Positions 31,186 to 41,273 of a stretch of 64,000 nt of DNA are shown piece after piece. The notes beneath the pieces are model-generated. The model did not search any database, was not told the DNA's origin, and saw only the letters and a list, made by a program, of their open reading frames with translations. This DNA comes from an uncultured Armatimonadetes bacterium (lineage in GTDB: Bacteria > Armatimonadota > UBA5829 > DTJY01): the NCBI GenBank assembly GCA_963717145.1, contig OY970325.1, forward strand, positions 4,000,001 to 4,064,000, in the 5' to 3' direction. Every line of letters begins with the position of its first letter. Position 1 is the stretch's first letter. Position numbers and translations under genes: made by a program.

Positions 31186-33040
31186 TCACTCCCTGTACGG
31201 TATCCACACCACCATCTGCGACGGGCCGCGGTTCGCCCAGGCATAATATGGGATCGCGGTCATCCGTGGCTCCTCCATCTCGAGCTTGACGCTGCCGAGA
31301 TCACGGTAAAGCGGCCCACGATCCTGCCCCGGCTCCGGATAGAGCCCGGTGGCCTCGATCGTCACGATGCCGCCGAGGAGCTTCGGCTTGGCATCGGCGC
31401 GCAGCGGCTCCTCGAGATGCAACTCGACATCCCTCATCGGCACATTGGGGTTGTCCGGGCTCTCCAGGCAATAGACGACCGGCCCGCGCTGGATGGCGAC
31501 GGAACCGATATCCTCCCGGACGCGCGGATCGGCCTCCTGGAGCGTGATCGGCATCGGTAGTTCCAGGACGATGGTGTCTCCCGGATGCCACGTGCGCCTG
31601 ACCTCCAGGTAGCTGCAGGGACGCGCGCCTCGCGGGGCTTCATTGTTGACAGCCACTGTGGCGGTCTCGCACCAGGCCGGGACGTATATGAACACCGAGA
31701 ACTCGGACGGTTCGTCGGGGATGACCTTGATCTCGACCGTGCCGTCCCAGGGGTAGCCGGTCTCCTGCTCGATGGCGATTCGGCGGCCGTCGTGCAGATG
31801 CCAGTCGAGCCGGTTGTTGTCGAAGAGATGGATCCATACGCCCTCGTCACTCGTGCTGTAGAAGTAGCCGGGGAGCGACGGGAACAGGCGGACGACATTG
31901 GTCGGGCAGCAGGTGCAGTCGAACCAGGGTACGCGCTTGTAGTCGTCTCGGAAGTTGGCGAGCGGGTTCACGTAGAAATACTCTGCGCCGTCGAGCGAGA
32001 CGCCCGAAAGAAATCCGTTGTAGAGAGTGCGCTCGATCACGTCGGTGAAGCGCGCCTCACCCCTGGCCAGGAGCATCCGCCAGTTCCACATGATGCTTGC
32101 GATCGAGGCGCACGTCTCAGCGTAGGCATGCTCGTTGGAGAGTTCGTATGGCGCGCCGAACTGCTCGCCCGCCGCCCGCGAGCCGATCGCCCCGGTGATG
32201 TACATCTTGCGGAGAGTCGCATCCTCCCAGAGCCGTTCGAGCGCGTCGAGGGTCGCCCGGTCGCCGGTCTCGAGGTAGTAGTCGGCGGCCGCCCGATGCG
32301 AGGTACCCCGCGCGGACGGAATGGCCGCTGATCTCCGACTTCTCGGCGAACTTCCATAGTGAGAGGAAGTATCCGGCGAGGTCGAGGTACTTCGCCTGCC
32401 CGGTCGCGCGGTACAGCTCGATCAGCGCCATCTCGACCTCGGGATGGCCGTCGGGGACCTCGATCTTCCCGGGCCCGAAAGTCTCGGTCAGGAAGTCGGC
32501 GTACCGTGAGGCGGCGTCGAGGAGCCTCGTCTCGCCGGTCGCGCGGTAGTGAGCCACCGCGGCCTGGAAGATGTGCCCGGCGCAGTACAATTCGTGCTCG
32601 ACCGGCAGGTTCCTGAACCGCTGATCGGCGAGTTCGCCGGTGAAAAAGCTGTGGATGTAGCCGTCCTCGCGCTGGATGGCGATCAGATCGTCGAGCGCTC
32701 CTTCGAGCATCCGGCGGACCTCGGGATCATCGTGCGACTGAAGTACCCATGCCGCGCCTTCCATCCATTTAGCGAGGTCGGAGTCGGTCCAGAATGCGCC
32801 TCGCCGCTCGACGTTCCTGCGGCCCGAGATACGCCTGAGGTTGTCGAGGACGCCGTGCTCCTCGAGTCGGCGGTGAAGCTGCGGGATGCCGTTCCTGCGG
32901 TTGGCCTCGATCCTGGGGAGCCAGAATCCGGGGCGCATGGTGACGGCCCGGACGGGTACGGATCGAAGCCGCGCATGTGGGCTGTTTCGCGTGTCTACGA
33001 CGCCTGCGTTCCTCCAGGCTGTGGGTTCGGTAGTGGCCAT
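31186..33040 (-). CDS. GH127 beta-L-arabinofuranosidase-like hydrolase (one frameshift ~32290)
   Basis: DSDLAKWMEG, HELYCAGH, GHPEVEMAL, GHSVRA, YAETCAS, CTCCPTN, RGPVVYCLE. Confidence 0.9.
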
Positions 33041-33182
33041 GGTGACCCTCCAATGTGCAAGTGAGAGCAGTATAAGCGCACTGGGGAGGGTAGTCAAGCT
33101 GCGGGGCGGGGAAAAGCTTCCATGGATGTTTGAGCGGGGGACTGGCAAGCGCGGCCCCCCGCTCATACTTCGTCCGGTGCTC

Positions 33183-33977
33183 CTATGGGGGGGGCGCCGG
33201 GTACAGCTGCTGAACGACCTGATCGCCAACAAGCAGCACGAGCACGCCATTCTGGCAGCGCAACTTGGCGAACCAGGGAACTCTGATCCGAGAATTGGCC
33301 TTGAGCAGGAACACGTCCGGGCAGCCGGAGAATTGCCGCTGCACCACGAGCCCGCCGGTCGCCAGATTGGGCGGGAATAGGTTCCCCGACGGGTCAGCAA
33401 AGTTCACGGCAAGGCACCCGTCAGTGTTCACGTTGCAGGGGAAAGGAAACGGGTGCGGCTTGAAGAGCTTGTTCTCCGTGACTGAGGAATCCACGCCGAT
33501 CTGATACTTAAGGAGCGAGGCGGCGAGCCAAGTGTGGGCTCCCATGTCCAGCACCCCTTCGTCAACGTGAAGATCGATCACGATTGACCAGCCGGGATCG
33601 AGAGTTACATAGAACCAGCGATTAAGCACGCCGGGGTCTCGGTCCTGGATGAGCAGCTTGAACGTTCTGCGGATCGAAGACTGGTTCCGGATTTCATTCT
33701 CCCACATGTGCAGTTGGAAGGACTGCAGCGCGTCAGTGAACTGGACGAACTCCCCGCCCTCAAATGATCCTGCGAACGTGGGAGGATTGCCTCCTACCAC
33801 TGGGTTGGGCGCTGCGGGAATGCCCGGCCAGGGGAACAGGGTGTCATAAGCTCCCCCAGCGTTGAGATCGAAATGCACGACATCGCCGTGCGTCGGCAGA
33901 TGTGCCGCATAGGCCGACCCCATGCACGCGACCAGCGCTGCCCCAAGCAGCAGTGCTACAAGAACAGACTTTCTCAT
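33183..33977 (-). CDS. Secreted protein of unknown family, copy 1
   Basis: Signal peptide ending AYA; strongly similar to 35051-35851 and 37831-38628; RBS AGGAGG. Confidence 0.8.
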   Translation of the reverse strand: MRKSVLVALLLGAALVACMGSAYAAHLPTHGDVVHFDLNAGGAYDTLFPWPGIPAAPNPVVGGNPPTFAGSFEGGEFVQFTDALQSFQLHMWENEIRNQSSIRRTFKLLIQDRDPGVLNRWFYVTLDPGWSIVIDLHVDEGVLDMGAHTWLAASLLKYQIGVDSSVTENKLFKPHPFPFPCNVNTDGCLAVNFADPSGNLFPPNLATGGLVVQRQFSGCPDVFLLKANSRIRVPWFAKLRCQNGVLVLLVGDQVVQQLYPAPPP

Positions 33978-34388
33978 TACTTTGCCCTCCTAGAGAGATT
34001 TATTGGCTCTGGGCGGCCCCTGCGCCATCGTGCCTGCAGTTCTGCATGCTTGCCGGCCTGCCGGCCAGACAGCGAAACAGCCGCGTGCATCCTGCTCGAG
34101 CCTCCAGCCTTCCTTGGCTCTCGCCTGCCCGATATCCGCAAGCAAGTTCTGAGAGTTGATACCCCGATATCGCTTAGCTAAACCAGCCCGCGCGAGGCGT
34201 TTTTCGGCGGATGAACCTTTCGTTCAAATTCGTCGTTTTATCGGAGTGAAGCCGATCATGGGTCTGCGTAGGAGTTCAGAGGGAACACGGGGGAAGTGAG
34301 TTGTATGAAGGAGCTGCCCGATACCGAGTGGTGGTGGGTGGCATCCGAAAGAAAACGGTCAGCGGTGCTGCTCGCCGTTCACTTTTCC

Positions 34389-34766
34389 CTACAGCATCCT
34401 GCCGATCAGGATGCCCGCGACGAGTGCACCGACGCCGAGAACGGTGTGCCCGAAGACATTGCCAAATGCCGCCATCCACTCCGCCGACTTGAGCAGCCTG
34501 GCGGTGTCGAAAGCGTAGGCCGAGAATGTCGTAAACGCGCCCAGGAAGCCGGTAAGCGCGATGAGGCGAATGTCGGAGCTGATGTGCATCTTCTTCTGCG
34601 CGAGAACGTATATGAGGCCGAAGAGAAAACTTCCGAGGATGTTGACAGTGAATGTCCCCAGCGGAAACGCACCGGTTTTTGCCCTGGACGCCAACTCGCA
34701 TACCGTGAAACGGCTTACCGTGCCGGCCGCGCCCGCGAGCGCGAGCCACAGTAGTTTCTGAAGCAT
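34389..34766 (-). CDS. crcB: Fluoride export channel CrcB/Fluc
   Basis: GAAGTVSRF, FPLGTFTVN and TGFLGAFTTFS motifs; RBS AGGAGG. Confidence 0.95.
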   Translation of the reverse strand: MLQKLLWLALAGAAGTVSRFTVCELASRAKTGAFPLGTFTVNILGSFLFGLIYVLAQKKMHISSDIRLIALTGFLGAFTTFSAYAFDTARLLKSAEWMAAFGNVFGHTVLGVGALVAGILIGRML

Positions 34767-34799
34767 GATAACCTCCTGCAATTCCGCGACGATAATTCG

Positions 34800-34870
34800 G
34801 TAGGGGCGAAGCATTGGCTACCGCTGTCCCGAGACGCCTTCGTAACCGGTAGCAAATGCTTCGCCCCTAC
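34800..34870. repeat. GTAG-type REP doublet in the crcB leader
   Basis: GTAGGGGCGAAGCATT ... AATGCTTCGCCCCTAC. Confidence 0.85.
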
Positions 34871-34884
34871 AGGTTTTGCGAATT

Positions 34885-34941
34885 GTAGGAGTCATCAGCC
34901 CACTTCATCAGCGACGGACGGTTTCGGTGGACTCCATCACC
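34885..34941 (-). ncRNA. Fluoride riboswitch (crcB motif)
   Basis: Minus strand GGTGATGGAGTCCACC-GAAACCG...GCTGATGACTCCTAC with the GGAGTC/GACTCC pseudoknot; upstream of crcB, with TATAAT at 34951-34956. Confidence 0.92.
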
Positions 34942-35050
34942 ATCATGGGGATTATACATGAGGCCGACGGATCGGTCCACCCAGACAAGCTTTCGGCGGG
35001 GGGCCTGGCAAGCTCGGCCCCCCCTCACTACGCCCCACGCTCTAAGAGAC

Positions 35051-35851
35051 CTACAGGTAAGTCGCCGGGTAGAGTCTCCTCAGGACCTGATCGCCAACCA
35101 GGAGCACAAGCTCACCCTCTACGCAGCGTACCTTGGCAAACCACGGGGCTCTGTTGCGGCCATTCGTCATGAGCAGCAACACGTCCGGGCAACCGGCGAA
35201 GTACTGCTCCCGATAGAGCCCACCGGTCGCGACATTCGGAGCCAGTACGGTCCCCTGCGGGTCTACAAAGCGCACGGCCAGACATCCGTCGACGTTCTCG
35301 TCGCACGGGAACGGATATGGATCCGGCGCGAATAACTTGTTCTCCGTCACTGAGGAATCCACGTCGATCGGGTACTTGAGTAGCGAGGCCGCCACCCAGG
35401 TATATTCGCCAATCTCCGGTATATCCGCAACGTGCAGATCGAACACGATCGACCATCCGGGATCCAGAGTCACCCAGAACCAGCGGGTGAGCGGCCCCAT
35501 GGAGTTCTCGTTCTGGATGACCAGTCTGAACGTCCTTCTGATTGTCGTGGGGTTCCGTATCTCGTTCTCCCACATATGCAGCATGTTCGAAGACAGCGCG
35601 TCAGTGAAGTTGGCGAACTCTCCGCCCTCGAATGATCCCGCGTAGGTGGGCGGCTGGCCTCCTACCACCGGATTCGGCCATGCGGGAATGCCCGGCCAAC
35701 GCTTCAATGTGTCGTACCCCGGGTTCGGGTTGAGGTCGAAATGCACGGTGTCGCCGTGCGTCGGCAGATGAGCCGCATAGGCCGTCCCGGAGCCTATCAG
35801 GGCGGCCAGCGCTGCCACAAGAATCAGTGTTACGAAACCAGACTTTGCCAT
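35051..35851 (-). CDS. Secreted protein of unknown family, copy 2
   Basis: Paralogue of copies 1 and 3; signal peptide; RBS GGAGGAG. Confidence 0.8.
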   Translation of the reverse strand: MAKSGFVTLILVAALAALIGSGTAYAAHLPTHGDTVHFDLNPNPGYDTLKRWPGIPAWPNPVVGGQPPTYAGSFEGGEFANFTDALSSNMLHMWENEIRNPTTIRRTFRLVIQNENSMGPLTRWFWVTLDPGWSIVFDLHVADIPEIGEYTWVAASLLKYPIDVDSSVTENKLFAPDPYPFPCDENVDGCLAVRFVDPQGTVLAPNVATGGLYREQYFAGCPDVLLLMTNGRNRAPWFAKVRCVEGELVLLVGDQVLRRLYPATYL

Positions 35852-36020
35852 TGCTTCTCCTCCGAAAGAGATTTTGTGGCTCTCTGCGGCCTTGCGCTAC
35901 TGTGTCTAGCAGGTATTCATGCTTGCCATCCTGCCGGCCAAACAGCGAACGGCCGCGCGCATCCTGCCCGAGCCCTTCCAGCTTCCTTGCCCATTGCCTG
36001 TTCCGATATCGGCAGGCTAG

Positions 36021-37609
36021 CAGCCTGTCCATGAAATAACCTCTGGCGCAAGGTGCCAGGTATGTAGTAAAATACGGGTATGAGCAAGCCATACCTTCCT
36101 TATCAACCTGACCAGATATTGCTGTTGCCGCCCTTGATGTCGGAGTGGCTGCCCGAGGGACATCTCGCATACTTTGTGAGCGATGTCGTAGACAGTCTCG
36201 ACCTTTCCGCGATATACGCCTCATACGAGAAAGAGGCCCGAGGAGCGCCGCCGTTCCATCCGGCAATGCTTACAAAGATCATATTCTACGGTTTGTGCCG
36301 GGGAGTGTATTCATCTCGAAAGCTCTCCCTGGCCACGTATGAAGATGTAGCCTTCCGGGTGCTTGCGGCAGGAAATCATCCCGACTTCCGCACGATAAGC
36401 GAGTTCAGGAAGAGGCATCTCAAGTCCCTTGCGGACCTGTTTGTGCAAGTGCTCAGGCTATGCGCAAGCGCCGGGCTTGTGTCGATGAAACACATAGCCA
36501 TAGACGGAACAAAGCTGCTTGCCAACGCAAGCAAGCACTCCGCCATGAGCTACTCTCGGATGGTCGAGAAAGAAAAAGAGCTTCAGGCTGAGATCGAGGC
36601 GCTCCTTGCGAAGGGTCTTTCTGTGGACGACCAGGAAGACGCGGAATATGGTCTTGACCGCCGAGGAGACGAACTCCCGGAGGAACTCGCAACCAGAGAG
36701 AAGCGGCTCGCCAAGATCAGGGAAGCAAAAGAAGCGCTGGAGCGCGAGGCCAAAGAGCGAGCATCAGCCGAAGAAGCGATGCGAGCCCAAGAGAAGGCGG
36801 AGCAGGAAGCATCCGGGAAGAAGCCTCGCGGCAGAGAGCCGGGGCCCGTAAAGACAGAGCCGGAAGGGAAGGCACAGCGGAACTTCACAGACCCGGAAAG
36901 CCGGATAATGAAGGACGCAAAGAAAGCCTTCGTGCAGGCATACAACGGACAAGCTGCGGTAGACGCAGATCATCAGATTGTAGTGGCGTGTGATCTCACG
37001 AACCAGGCAGCGGACTCACCGCATCTTAGTGACATGATCGAGGCAATCAAGGAGAACACCGGAAAGAAACCGGAAGAACTATCCGCCGATGCCGGATACT
37101 TCAGCAGCGACAACATAGAGATGGTCGAGCAGCAAGGGATCGACGCTTATATACCGCCTGACAGACAACGTCATGGCAAAGAGCCGACGGCGCACTTCCT
37201 GCCTTGATCCGGCAAAGCAATCCGCCGCAGATCGCCAGAGAGCAAAGCTCTTGACTCCTCTTGGCCGAAAGATCTACGGGAGGCGGAAGGAGACGGTAGA
37301 GCCGGTGTTCGGCCAGATCAAGAGCGCACGGAACTTCCGAGGCTTCCTACTCCGAGGCCTTGCGAAAGCGAAGTCGGAGTGGACGCTTGCGTGTCTTGGG
37401 CACAACATGCTGAAGCTATACCGATACGGCGACCGGAAATCGATCTTCGATACGTAGATATATGACCTGGATCAGGCTGATTATCAAGGTACAAGGGGTC
37501 TTTACAGACCCTCGCCGGAAATCCGGCGAAAAACACTATCGAACAGCAGCCAGCGCGACCCCGCAGATGGGAAACTCACCCACATAGCGGGGAATTCTCA
37601 GACAGGCTG
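36021..37609 (+). mobile_element. IS1182-family insertion sequence, 1589 bp, CTAG target duplication
   Basis: Terminal IRs CAGCCTGTC / GACAGGCTG; CTAG at 36017-36020 and 37610-37613; the flanks rejoin into the upstream region conserved in copies 1 and 3. Confidence 0.92.
36080..37457 (+). CDS. IS1182-family DDE transposase (frameshift ~37190)
   Basis: GAPPFHP, YSSRKL, PDFRTISEFRK, AIDGTK..ANAS, TDPESR.MK, ADAGY; second frame YGRRKETVEPVFGQIK. Confidence 0.92.
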
Positions 37610-37830
37610 CTAGTCATGTGAGTGGATACCCCAATATCGCTTAGCCAAACCGAGCCGCGCGAGGTCTCTTGCAGGCGATCACCTGGCCGACCACGGCAAT
37701 CTTTCGGCATGAGCGGTATTCAGGCGCACAGGGGAGGGTGGTCGAGCTGAGGGGTGGCAGAAAGGGTGGGTGGGGGACTGACAAGCAGACCCCCACCGTA
37801 CTTCGTCCGGGACTCTACAGGGACTCGCGG

Positions 37831-38628
37831 TTAGCCACCAAACCCGCGGTATATCGTGGTGGACTGGCTGCCGGTCAACACCACAAGCCTGCCGTCCTGG
37901 CAACGCAACTTGCTGAACCAGGGGAACCTGAGTCGCTGATTGGTCTTCAGCAGGAATACGTCCGGGCAGCCGGAGAAGAACCGCGATATATAGCTCCCGC
38001 CGGTCGCGGCGTTGGGCGCCAGTACGTGCCCCTGCGGGTCAACAAAGCGCACGGCGAGGCACCCGTCAACGTTCTCGTCACACGGGAACGGATACGGGTC
38101 CGGAGCGAATAGCTTGTTCTCCGTGACCGAGGAATCGATGTTGATCGGATACTTAAGGAGCGAGCCGGCGAGCCAGGTGAAGTTGCCCGTCTCCGTCAGC
38201 CCCTCCGAAACGTGAAGATCGAACACGATCGACCATCCGGGATCCAGAGTCACCCAGAAGAAATGGGGGAGCGTGAAGGGGTTCTCGTCCATGATGATCA
38301 GCTTGAAGGTCCTGGTGATCGTCGTAGGGTTCTGGAGTTCGTTCTCCCAGATGTGCAGCATATTCGAAGGCAGTGCGTCAGTGAATTGGACGAACTCCCC
38401 GCCCTCAAATGCTCCGGCGAAGGTGGGGGGCTGGCTCCCTACCACCGGATTCGGCGGTGCGGGAATGCCCGGCCATCTGAGCAGCGTGTCATAAGCTCCG
38501 TCCGGGTTGAGGTCGAAATGCACGGTGTCGCCGTGCGTCGGCACATGTGCCGCATAGGCCGTCCCAGAGCCCATCAGGGTGGCCAGCGCTGCCACAAGAA
38601 CCAGTGTCACGAAAACAGACTTTGTCAT
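37831..38628 (-). CDS. Secreted protein of unknown family, copy 3
   Basis: Paralogue of copies 1 and 2. Confidence 0.8.
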   Translation of the reverse strand: MTKSVFVTLVLVAALATLMGSGTAYAAHVPTHGDTVHFDLNPDGAYDTLLRWPGIPAPPNPVVGSQPPTFAGAFEGGEFVQFTDALPSNMLHIWENELQNPTTITRTFKLIIMDENPFTLPHFFWVTLDPGWSIVFDLHVSEGLTETGNFTWLAGSLLKYPINIDSSVTENKLFAPDPYPFPCDENVDGCLAVRFVDPQGHVLAPNAATGGSYISRFFSGCPDVFLLKTNQRLRFPWFSKLRCQDGRLVVLTGSQSTTIYRGFGG

Positions 38629-38903
38629 AGCTTCTCCTCCGAAGAGATTTTGTAGCTCTCTGCGGACCTTGCGCCATTGTGTCTGCAGGTCGTCATGCTT
38701 GACGGCCTGCAGGCGAGACAGCGAAGAGTCGCGGCATCCTGCTCGAGCCTACCGGCCTTCCCTGGCCCTTGCCCGTTACCCACCGGCAAGTCTGACGCTT
38801 TGATACCCAAATATCGCCTAGCCAAACCGGCCACGCGCAAGGTTCTTTCCGGTGTTGGGAACAGGAATCGCAGGATGCCGTAAGGGGCGCGAATCCGTGG
38901 AAC

Positions 38904-40073
38904 CTACGCATGCAACGGAAGCAATCGGATCCAGGCGCAAACTTCGCGGACTGTTTCCGGGTGGCAGAGTGGCGGCATGACTCCTGCGGAGGTGACGACG
39001 ATCCCTCGATGGTGAGGCAAGGCATCGAGGTCCCGCTCGATCCGAGCGATGATCTCGGACGCCGGCCTCGTCCAGAGCATGGCGTTCGTGCCGCCGATCA
39101 GGCACTTGTCGGGACAGGCCGACCGCCCGTCGAGGAGCGTGGTGTTGCCGAGCGTGGGTGACGTGAACGCCTCGAACGCCGCCGCCGAAACCCGCGCGAG
39201 GTCGGGGAGCAGGTCCCTGAGGTGGCCGCACATGTGTAGGATCAGCAAACCGCCGGCATCTCGGACGGTTTGGCCACATTCCATCATGACCGGCTTGCAG
39301 TACCGGCGGAACTGATCGGGCGAAGTCAGTGTCGTCGAGGTGTTCTCCGTCAGGTAGAAGGCATCGGCGGGACTGTGCTCGGAGATCAGCCGCGTCCGCT
39401 CGATGAGCGCCCTCTGCATCGCGTCGAACAGCGCCTCGACCTCATTCGAGTAGTCCGCAAGCAGGAGGTGCGCACCTTCGATCCCCGCAAGCCATTCGAC
39501 GAACACCATCAGCGGCGTCGTGCCGATGTTGTGCACCGCGAGGGCGTTCTGCCCGATCTCCTCACAGGCGCTCTTGGCTTTCTCAAGACCCTCCGGATTC
39601 ACCTCATGATGCAGGTCTTCATACCATCGAGTGAGCGTGCGGATGTCCTCCGCGCTCTTGACGGGAAACTCCGCCGGATGCCACGCCTGGGACACCGGAT
39701 CGTATCGGTGGACCGCCAACGCCGTTCCGATCGGCGTGCGGTACGTCAGCCGCCTGATGTTTCCCTCGACGGTCGTGTCGAGCCAGGTGTCGGACCGGAC
39801 CTCGCGGATACATTCAGGCAGCCCTATGTGCTGGTCGCTGCCGATGAGATCATGCAGCGCCGGGACCGACAAGTCGCGGAAAGGAACATCCTGCGCTACC
39901 GCATACGCCGGGTTGATCTTTGGCCAGAACGGCAGACGGTCGACCGCCTCCATCCGCAGTGCCGCGAGCCATCTCTCTTTCGGGGTTAGCTGTTGGATGT
40001 TCGACGTTCGATGTTCGATGTTCGGCTTTTCCCCTTCCGTGTTTTCGTATCCTTCCGTGCTTCCGTGTTCTAT
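38904..40073 (-). CDS. Uroporphyrinogen decarboxylase (URO-D/MtaA-CmuA) family protein; start uncertain
   Basis: LTPKERWLAAL...VDRLP, SPDQFRRYC, LHMCGH, LIGGTN; no ATG/GTG near the expected start. Confidence 0.75.
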   Translation of the reverse strand: MEHGSTEGYENTEGEKPNIEHRTSNIQQLTPKERWLAALRMEAVDRLPFWPKINPAYAVAQDVPFRDLSVPALHDLIGSDQHIGLPECIREVRSDTWLDTTVEGNIRRLTYRTPIGTALAVHRYDPVSQAWHPAEFPVKSAEDIRTLTRWYEDLHHEVNPEGLEKAKSACEEIGQNALAVHNIGTTPLMVFVEWLAGIEGAHLLLADYSNEVEALFDAMQRALIERTRLISEHSPADAFYLTENTSTTLTSPDQFRRYCKPVMMECGQTVRDAGGLLILHMCGHLRDLLPDLARVSAAAFEAFTSPTLGNTTLLDGRSACPDKCLIGGTNAMLWTRPASEIIARIERDLDALPHHRGIVVTSAGVMPPLCHPETVREVCAWIRLLPLHA

Positions 40074-41131
40074 CCCCTCGCCTTCGCCAGGAAATCCTGG
40101 ACCTTGACCGGTTGGCCGGTGTGGCTGCTCTCGATCGCCGCGAAGATCAGCGCTATCGACTGGAGGTTGTCCTCGACGTTCGTCTCCATCGGTTCGCCGC
40201 CGTCGAGCCAGCGCACGAACTTCTCGATCAGCCAGGTGTTGGACCACTTCGGCTGCTCGATCAGCGGGATATCGTACGCCACATCTTCTTCGCCCCACTC
40301 CTTGTCCGGCTTGTAGGCATATCGCGTCACCTTCCGATGATCGAGGATCAGCGTCGACTTCTCGCACTCTGCGCGGAAGTACTCGTTCGACCAGCCGTTG
40401 AGGCAGACCGCGTTCGTCTTCGCGCCCTCATAGAAGCCTCGCGTGCCGTTCTCGAACGACATGATCACCAGGCCCTGGGAGTCGCCCGCGAACTCGCCCC
40501 AGACCGGATTCCAGGTCTGCGCGTAGATCGTGTCGCACTTGGCCCCGGCGAAATCGGCCATGATGTCGAGGTGATGGACTGCGCCCTCGACCATCAGCGC
40601 ATCGGGGATCTCGTGGCGGAACTTGCCCCAGGACGCGAACCGCCGGCAGTCGTGCGTGAACCGGCAGATCAGGTAGTCGAGCGCACCATGCTCCCCCGAG
40701 CGGAGTTCCTGGCGCATCGTCGTCTTGTCCTGGTCGAAGCGGTGGCTCATGGTGACGCCCATCTTCTTGCCGGCCTGCTTGACCTTCTCCGCGATACGCA
40801 CCGACGCCTCAAGCGTGTCGGCGATCGGCTTCTCGGACAGGATGTGCAGGTCGTGCTCGAGGGCAATGTCGACGACGCCCTCGTGGAAGGCCGGCGGCAC
40901 GACGATCGTGCAGAAGTCGGCCTTGTTCTCGTCGAACGCCTTGCGGATGTCGGTGTAGCACTGATCGTCCCGCAGACCGAGGCCTTCCTTCGCGTTGACG
41001 AAGGACTCGGGATTGATGTCGACGGCTGCGACGACCTCGACGAGACCTTCCTCGACGTTCGGTGGCAGGAAGTTCCTGCACCACCACCCTCCGAACCCAC
41101 CTGTTCCAACCTGAATCATCTTGTATGCCAT
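40070..41131 (-). CDS. Gfo/Idh/MocA family oxidoreductase
   Basis: VGTGGFG, EKPIA, EGAVHHLD. Confidence 0.9.
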   Translation of the reverse strand: MAYKMIQVGTGGFGGWWCRNFLPPNVEEGLVEVVAAVDINPESFVNAKEGLGLRDDQCYTDIRKAFDENKADFCTIVVPPAFHEGVVDIALEHDLHILSEKPIADTLEASVRIAEKVKQAGKKMGVTMSHRFDQDKTTMRQELRSGEHGALDYLICRFTHDCRRFASWGKFRHEIPDALMVEGAVHHLDIMADFAGAKCDTIYAQTWNPVWGEFAGDSQGLVIMSFENGTRGFYEGAKTNAVCLNGWSNEYFRAECEKSTLILDHRKVTRYAYKPDKEWGEEDVAYDIPLIEQPKWSNTWLIEKFVRWLDGGEPMETNVEDNLQSIALIFAAIESSHTGQPVKVQDFLAKARG

Positions 41132-41273
41132 GTCTGCCTCCTCTTACTCATACTCATACTCATACTCAAACCGGGCCACCGACAACGAATGACTGAACGA
41201 ATAAACGAATGCTGTCGGCGAGAGGCAATTCGTTTATTCGTTACCCTATTCGTTGTCGGTCGGCAGCACGAGC

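Noticed and set aside
37173-37210. Programmed ribosomal frameshift in the transposase
   Set aside because: No slippery heptamer at the junction; IS1182 transposases are normally one ORF, and the window has many similar indels.
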